From the NCBI GenBank assembly GCA_002441245.1, contig DJVP01000005.1:2303-66302 (forward strand): 64,000 nt of DNA. The letters are read 5' to 3'. The translations under genes and the position numbers were made by a program. Positions 59,101 to 64,000 of the stretch are shown piece after piece (within the stretch, counting starts at the first letter, position 1; each line of letters starts with the position of its first letter). Below the pieces are notes generated by a model that worked only from the letters and a program-made list of their open reading frames with translations, was not told the DNA's origin and searched no databases. The stretch is from Candidatus Omnitrophica bacterium UBA6253 (GTDB lineage Bacteria; Omnitrophota; Gorgyraeia; Gygaellales; Profunditerraquicolaceae).

Positions 59101-62100
59101 TCGAATTTTTTGTAAAACACCGGGTTACCACTATTATGTTTGTCTTGGTGTTTGTGGTTTTGGGTATTTACAGCTATTCCAACCTGCTGATTGAAAAGAC
59201 TCCGAAAACAGACTTTCCGATTGTTACAGTCTCGGTGACCTATCCGGGAGCCACATCCTTGGAAGTGGAAACCCTGGTAGTAAAAAAGATTGAAGACGTA
59301 ATTGCCGAGATATCCGAAATCAAGAAAATTAAAAGCTACGCATATGAAAATTTAGGGTTTATTTCTATCGAGTTTTTGATTGAAGCCGATGTTAATGTCA
59401 AGTCTATAGAAGTAAAAGATAAGGTTGACGCGATACTCAATGACCTGCCGGATGATATAGAAAAACCCGTGATTGAGAAATTTGACCCTTTGTTAGTTCC
59501 GGTAATGGATTTGGTGCTTTCCAGCGATACGATTAATGAACGCGACCTATATGAATATGCCGATAAGACCTTAAAGACTAAATTTTCTTCTATAGCCGGG
59601 GTGGCCAAGGTTGATCTTTATGGCGGCAAAAAACGTCAAATCAATGTATGGCTGGATCCGATGCTAATGAAGCAGCATTATATAAGTATCCAGGAAGTAA
59701 TTAATGCCATGCTGCTAAGGAATAAAAATGTTCCTGCCGGAGATCTGGAAAAGGGTTTTAATTCCCTGGGGGTCAGGTTTACCGGGGAATTTGAAAGTAT
59801 TGATGAGATTTCTCAGATGAAGCTAGTTTCTTCCGATGGATCGAATTTTCAGCTAAAGGATATTGCGGTTATAGAAGACAGCTATAAGAAAATTGAATCA
59901 AAGGCGCGATATAAAGGCAGGGAAGTGGTAGGGCTTTCGATCAATAAGGCTTCTGATGGCAATGCGGTGTCTATCGTCCGGGAAATGAGGCGCCGGATGA
60001 GTTCTTTTAAGGCAATCTTACCGCAGGGGATGAAGCTGGATATTGCTACCGATACCACTACGTTCATTATTAATGAAACTAACGGTGCAATATGGAGTAT
60101 TTTTGTCGGGCTTTTGTTTACTGCAGCGATTCTTTATTTATTCATGGGCAGGTGGGATATCGTGATTATTGCCTGCATTATTATTCCAGCTTCGATTATT
60201 TCAACTTTATTCCCGATGTGGGCTTCGAAATTTTCAATTAATGTTTTGACCCTGCTTGCACTTGCCTCAGTGTTAGGGACACTGATCTCTAACGCCATTG
60301 TTATTATTGAGAATGTATTGGTGCACCTTGAGCGTTCCGACGACCCGGTTAAGGCGGCTATTGATGGTACTAAAGAAGTGTCCGTGCCGATTATCGCCGC
60401 TACCGGTACGAACCTTGTTGTTTTTATGCCTCTTTCCATGATGGGTGGGATAGTCGGGGTATTTATGAAGTCTTTTGGCCTTACGGTAGTTTATGCCACG
60501 CTTTTTTCATTGTTATCTTCGTTCGTTTTGACTCCTATGATGTGTGCTGCGATACTTAAGCCTAAAGGAGAAAAGAAACCGGGTATTGGCAGGCATAAAT
60601 TCTTCCTGGATGCATTATTGGCTCCGTTGTATTGGTTAGGTAAAGGTGTTGACCATGGCATGAAGTTTCTAAAGAAAGAATATAGACATATTTTTGAATT
60701 CATTTTTCGATATCCCAAGATGACCATTATCGCCGTTATCCTGGTATTTTTCGGCTCATTAATGTTGGTATCATATATTGAAAGCGATTTTACCCCTAAG
60801 TCCGATGAAGATCAATTTACTATTAATATGGTCCTTCCGCAAGGCTCTACTATAGAACGCACCCTGGAAACCTGCAAACTGGTGGAGGGGTATCTGGAGA
60901 AGATTCCGGAGAAGAAGTCGTATTTGACCAATATTGGAACCAATGGGGTTGAGAATGCCAAGATCATTTTTGACCTTGTGCCGTTAAAAGACCGCAAAAG
61001 AAGAGATGTGGAGATTATGGATGAGCTTACTAAGTTTATCGCCACGATCCCGGATGTTGAGGCAAGTTATGACCGTGGTATTGCTACCGAAACAGGCATG
61101 GGGGATGTGGCCATAGACCTATACGGAGTTGATTACGATACGATGATCCGGCTTTCCCAGCAGATGAAAGATTTAATGCAGCGCAGCGGGTATTTTCAGA
61201 GCGTTATTTTATCTTATAAATATCCCAGCGATGAGATCCGGATGAAGCCTTTGCCGGAGAAACTTATTGAATATGGAGTTACTGCTGCTTCCGTGGGGTC
61301 GAATTTTCGGTCTTCGGTATACGGAGAAGATACCAATACATATAAGGAAAAAGGCGAGGAATATAAGGTTAATATCGAGTTGAATGATGCCTACGCGCAG
61401 GATTTTGACGATATAAAAGTAATGTCTTTGCTTTCGCGTAAAGGGCTTATACCTTTGAATGAACTTGGCACGTTAACGACTAATAAAGCTATCCCGACTA
61501 TCCGGCGCCGGGATAGGGTACGGGTCATCCGTCTTGACGGTTTTCTGGGTAAAAGTTCGATGGGTATTGTTTCGGGCATACTGGATAAGCAGTTCAAGGT
61601 CATGCAATTTCCAAATGGGTATGGGTATCGTTATGTAGGAAATGCGGAGAATATGGATGAAGCGACCCGTGAATTGGGCAAGGCATTTATACTGGGGATT
61701 ATTTTAACTTTTATGCTTTTGTGTGCACTCATGGATTCTTTGGTAGCCTATCCTTTAGCAATCATGACTACAGTATTTACTTCCATTATCGGGATGATCC
61801 TGGGGTTGTTTTTCCTTGGGCAGTCTATTAATATCGCTTCACTGATGGGCATGGTCATGCTGGTGGGTATGGTGGTAAATAACGCTATCCTGCTTTTAGA
61901 CCATACGCTAATTAAAATGAAGGAAGGCATTCCGGTCAAAGAAGCGTTGTGGCTGGGGGCTTCGGAGAAATTCCGGGCGATCATAATGACTTCTCTGGCG
62001 ATTATTCTGGGCGTTATGCCGCAGTTATGGTCGGTTGTGAAAGCCAAACAGTCTATGGGTGCGGTAATGACCGGAGGAATGCTCGCCTCAATCCTGTTTA

Positions 62101-62168
62101 CATTTATTCTGGTTCCGGTGGTTTTCTGGTATTTGGAACGCTTCGAAAGGAAGATCTTTAAGCGTTAA
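59097..62168 (+). CDS. RND efflux pump inner-membrane permease (AcrB/HAE family, second)
   Basis: 1023 aa with 12 TMs and two large periplasmic loops. It overlaps the adaptor stop. Confidence 0.9.
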   Translation: MIEFFVKHRVTTIMFVLVFVVLGIYSYSNLLIEKTPKTDFPIVTVSVTYPGATSLEVETLVVKKIEDVIAEISEIKKIKSYAYENLGFISIEFLIEADVNVKSIEVKDKVDAILNDLPDDIEKPVIEKFDPLLVPVMDLVLSSDTINERDLYEYADKTLKTKFSSIAGVAKVDLYGGKKRQINVWLDPMLMKQHYISIQEVINAMLLRNKNVPAGDLEKGFNSLGVRFTGEFESIDEISQMKLVSSDGSNFQLKDIAVIEDSYKKIESKARYKGREVVGLSINKASDGNAVSIVREMRRRMSSFKAILPQGMKLDIATDTTTFIINETNGAIWSIFVGLLFTAAILYLFMGRWDIVIIACIIIPASIISTLFPMWASKFSINVLTLLALASVLGTLISNAIVIIENVLVHLERSDDPVKAAIDGTKEVSVPIIAATGTNLVVFMPLSMMGGIVGVFMKSFGLTVVYATLFSLLSSFVLTPMMCAAILKPKGEKKPGIGRHKFFLDALLAPLYWLGKGVDHGMKFLKKEYRHIFEFIFRYPKMTIIAVILVFFGSLMLVSYIESDFTPKSDEDQFTINMVLPQGSTIERTLETCKLVEGYLEKIPEKKSYLTNIGTNGVENAKIIFDLVPLKDRKRRDVEIMDELTKFIATIPDVEASYDRGIATETGMGDVAIDLYGVDYDTMIRLSQQMKDLMQRSGYFQSVILSYKYPSDEIRMKPLPEKLIEYGVTAASVGSNFRSSVYGEDTNTYKEKGEEYKVNIELNDAYAQDFDDIKVMSLLSRKGLIPLNELGTLTTNKAIPTIRRRDRVRVIRLDGFLGKSSMGIVSGILDKQFKVMQFPNGYGYRYVGNAENMDEATRELGKAFILGIILTFMLLCALMDSLVAYPLAIMTTVFTSIIGMILGLFFLGQSINIASLMGMVMLVGMVVNNAILLLDHTLIKMKEGIPVKEALWLGASEKFRAIIMTSLAIILGVMPQLWSVVKAKQSMGAVMTGGMLASILFTFILVPVVFWYLERFERKIFKR

Positions 62169-62171
62169 AAT

Positions 62172-62717
62172 ATGGAAGATCTAAGGCTGCTGTTTTTGAT
62201 TACTAAATTGTTGAATAAAAATAAGCCGATACTTCATCATGGATGGAGAGTTGCTAAACTCGCCTATGCTATCGGTGGTAAAATGAAGTATTGCGAAGCA
62301 GGGCTTGAGCATATTCGTTTCGCTGCAATTGTCCATGATATAGGTAAAACTCAATTACCGCCGGGAGTGATTAATAAGCCTGGGGCGCTCGATGAGAACG
62401 AGCGGGTTTTAATAAGGAGGCATGCGGAATTGGGGTATCGTTTGTTAAAATTCGTAAAGTCGGATTTGATTGTTGCGGAGGTCGCTTTACAGCATCACGA
62501 AAGGCTGGATGGGTCAGGGTATCCCTTTGGATTAAAAGCAAAAGATATTAATCCTGTTTCCAGAATAATTGCAGTTGCCGATGTAGTTGATACCATGGTT
62601 TCTCCGCAGGTATATAGGCCGGCATTAAGTATAAAAAAAGCCTTAAAAGAAATTAAGCAAAACAGCGGTCTATTATATGATCCTGAAGTCGTAGCTGCAA
62701 CCTTGGCAGTTATTTAG
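62172..62717 (+). CDS. Stand-alone HD-GYP domain protein (putative c-di-GMP phosphodiesterase)
   Basis: HD in IVHDIGK, then HHERLDGSGYPFG (the HD-GYP signature). Confidence 0.7.
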   Translation: MEDLRLLFLITKLLNKNKPILHHGWRVAKLAYAIGGKMKYCEAGLEHIRFAAIVHDIGKTQLPPGVINKPGALDENERVLIRRHAELGYRLLKFVKSDLIVAEVALQHHERLDGSGYPFGLKAKDINPVSRIIAVADVVDTMVSPQVYRPALSIKKALKEIKQNSGLLYDPEVVAATLAVI

Positions 62718-62728
62718 AAGAATTAATT

Positions 62729-63934
62729 TTGGCCTTAATACATGAAACAATGTTGAAACGTTCTTATTGGTTAGCTCTCAGTGTTTTTATTATTTCCGGA
62801 TGCGCAAGCGTGCGGCATGCCGTTCCGGAAGATTTATTAAATAATGCAAGGATTTTTGGTATGCAGGATATAAGGGCATTTAGCGGAATACCGAGCGATA
62901 TTTTCAAGAGAGATTTTGTGGCGTTATTGGAGCGTGAAGAAGAAAATGACCCTTCTTTTTTTAATTTTAAAGCCAGCCGGACTTATTTCATGCTTGCTAT
63001 TTCGGGAGGAGCTGCGAATGGGGCTTATGGAGCAGGATTGCTTAATGGATGGTCAAAATCCGGTACTCGCCCGGTTTTTAAAGCAGTAACCGGCATAAGC
63101 ACTGGAGCAATGATTGCGCCGTTCGCCTTCCTGGGAAGTAAATATGATGATAAGTTAAAAGAATTTTACACGAAGCATTCCACAAAAGATGTTATACGAA
63201 TACGTATCCCATTTATTAATTCTTTCGTTAGTACTCGTCCGTTGGAGCGCCTTATTGAACGGTATTGTGACGCAGGATTGCTAAAAGAGATTGCTATTGA
63301 ACATAAAAAAGGTCGCAGACTTTATGTGGGAACTACCAATTTGGATGCACAAAGGCTGGTTATCTGGGATATGGGGAAGATCGCATCTATAGGCGATGAT
63401 AAGGCTTTAAAGTTGTTTCGTAAAATCATCTTGGCGTCGTCATCTATCCCGGTTGTTTTTCCGCCGGTCTATTTAAGCGTGGAAGCTAATAATAAGAAGT
63501 ATGACGAGATGCATGTTGACGGCGGAATAAGCAAACAAGTATTCTTTCTTTATGGTGTCTTGCAGGGGTTTGATAAAGCCCTTAAAGAAAAAGGGGTAGA
63601 TATCTCTAAGATTAAATACGAAATTTATGTAATAAGAAACGGCTATGTTGACCCTTTATACAAGGAAATCCCGGATAAGCTTTCTGCAATCGCTGAGCGT
63701 ACGGTTGACACTATGGCAAATGCTCAGAGTGTCGGCGATCTTTACCAGTTGTATGTGTTTGCTAAAGACGGTAAAGGTGATTTTAACCTTGCCTATATCC
63801 CGGCAACTCATATATTAAATGCAAAGGAGCTTTTTGATCCTACTGAAATGCGCAAACTCTTTGATTTAGGTTTTAAAGAAGCAGCGGCAGGATATAATTG
63901 GAAAAAAGCCCCTCCTGGGATAGGTGAAGATTAA
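62729..63934 (+). CDS. Patatin-like phospholipase lipoprotein
   Basis: Lipobox IISGCAS, a glycine-rich oxyanion loop (SGGAANGAYGAG), the nucleophile elbow GISTG, and the catalytic D in a DGG context (MHVDGGIS). Confidence 0.8.
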   Translation: MALIHETMLKRSYWLALSVFIISGCASVRHAVPEDLLNNARIFGMQDIRAFSGIPSDIFKRDFVALLEREEENDPSFFNFKASRTYFMLAISGGAANGAYGAGLLNGWSKSGTRPVFKAVTGISTGAMIAPFAFLGSKYDDKLKEFYTKHSTKDVIRIRIPFINSFVSTRPLERLIERYCDAGLLKEIAIEHKKGRRLYVGTTNLDAQRLVIWDMGKIASIGDDKALKLFRKIILASSSIPVVFPPVYLSVEANNKKYDEMHVDGGISKQVFFLYGVLQGFDKALKEKGVDISKIKYEIYVIRNGYVDPLYKEIPDKLSAIAERTVDTMANAQSVGDLYQLYVFAKDGKGDFNLAYIPATHILNAKELFDPTEMRKLFDLGFKEAAAGYNWKKAPPGIGED

Positions 63935-63961
63935 CAATACAAATAGTCTCAAGGAGAGCGA

Positions 63962-64000
63962 AATGAAAACTGAGCTTTCAATAGTAGTCTTAACCAAAAA
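63962..64000 (+). CDS. Start of an unidentified gene (truncated by the window edge)
   Basis: An ATG (MKTELSIVVLTK...) lies after an RBS (AAGGAGAG). Confidence 0.3.

Noticed and set aside
1-64000. CRISPR arrays, integrases, transposases, tRNA/rRNA genes
   Set aside because: No direct-repeat/spacer periodicity, no recombinase-like or transposase-like ORFs, and no tRNA-like cloverleaf-sized GC-rich islands were seen on reading the window.

Overview
This is a 64 kb stretch of a diderm (Gram-negative-type) bacterial chromosome of mosaic base composition. Lipoprotein signal peptides ending in (S)GC are abundant. Every credible gene is on the + strand. Contents, 5' to 3': (i) an RND efflux operon (3' end of an acrA-like adaptor, acrB-like pump, OprM/NodT-type outer membrane lipoprotein) and a SAM-dependent methyltransferase; (ii) a 2929-aa cyclic beta-1,2-glucan synthase (Cgs/NdvB/ChvB-type, GT84 + GH94 domains); (iii) an alpha/beta-hydrolase gene remnant and a lipoprotein; (iv) a plasma-membrane-type (P3A) H+-ATPase with a small AtpZ-like membrane protein, a C-domain-less pyruvate-kinase-like gene, and a CopA-type Cu+ P1B-ATPase; (v) an AT-rich block with three small lipoproteins, an orphan histidine kinase, MscS, HflK/HflC, a MlaEFD-type ABC system and a PqiC/DUF330 lipoprotein; (vi) a trehalose/osmoadaptation island: sensor-fused otsA, a second mscS, otsB, a tandem-repeat hypothetical and an archaeal-type TreT trehalose synthase; (vii) an AT-rich glycan-modification island (N-acetyl-sugar amidotransferase, SxtJ-like and DUF5989 small proteins, NodU/CmcH carbamoyltransferase, SGNH/TPR hydrolase); (viii) a TPP riboswitch with intrinsic terminator in front of thi4, then DUF2284 and a MATE pump; (ix) a PAS / bPH_2 / receiver cluster, an AbrB-like regulator, an ECF sigma factor with anti-sigma and a Spy/CpxP-like LTXXQ protein, TolC-MacA-MacB, and TetR-TolC-adaptor-RND pump; (x) a stand-alone HD-GYP protein and a patatin-like lipoprotein. 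The most interesting signal is a structured 5'-UTR RNA element present in two copies, in front of mscS and in front of the otsA-mscS-otsB-treT operon. The copies share an identical 20-mer and a hairpin that is maintained by compensatory base changes. Each has an antiterminator/terminator architecture typical of a riboswitch or attenuator, and I could not match it to any riboswitch class I know.
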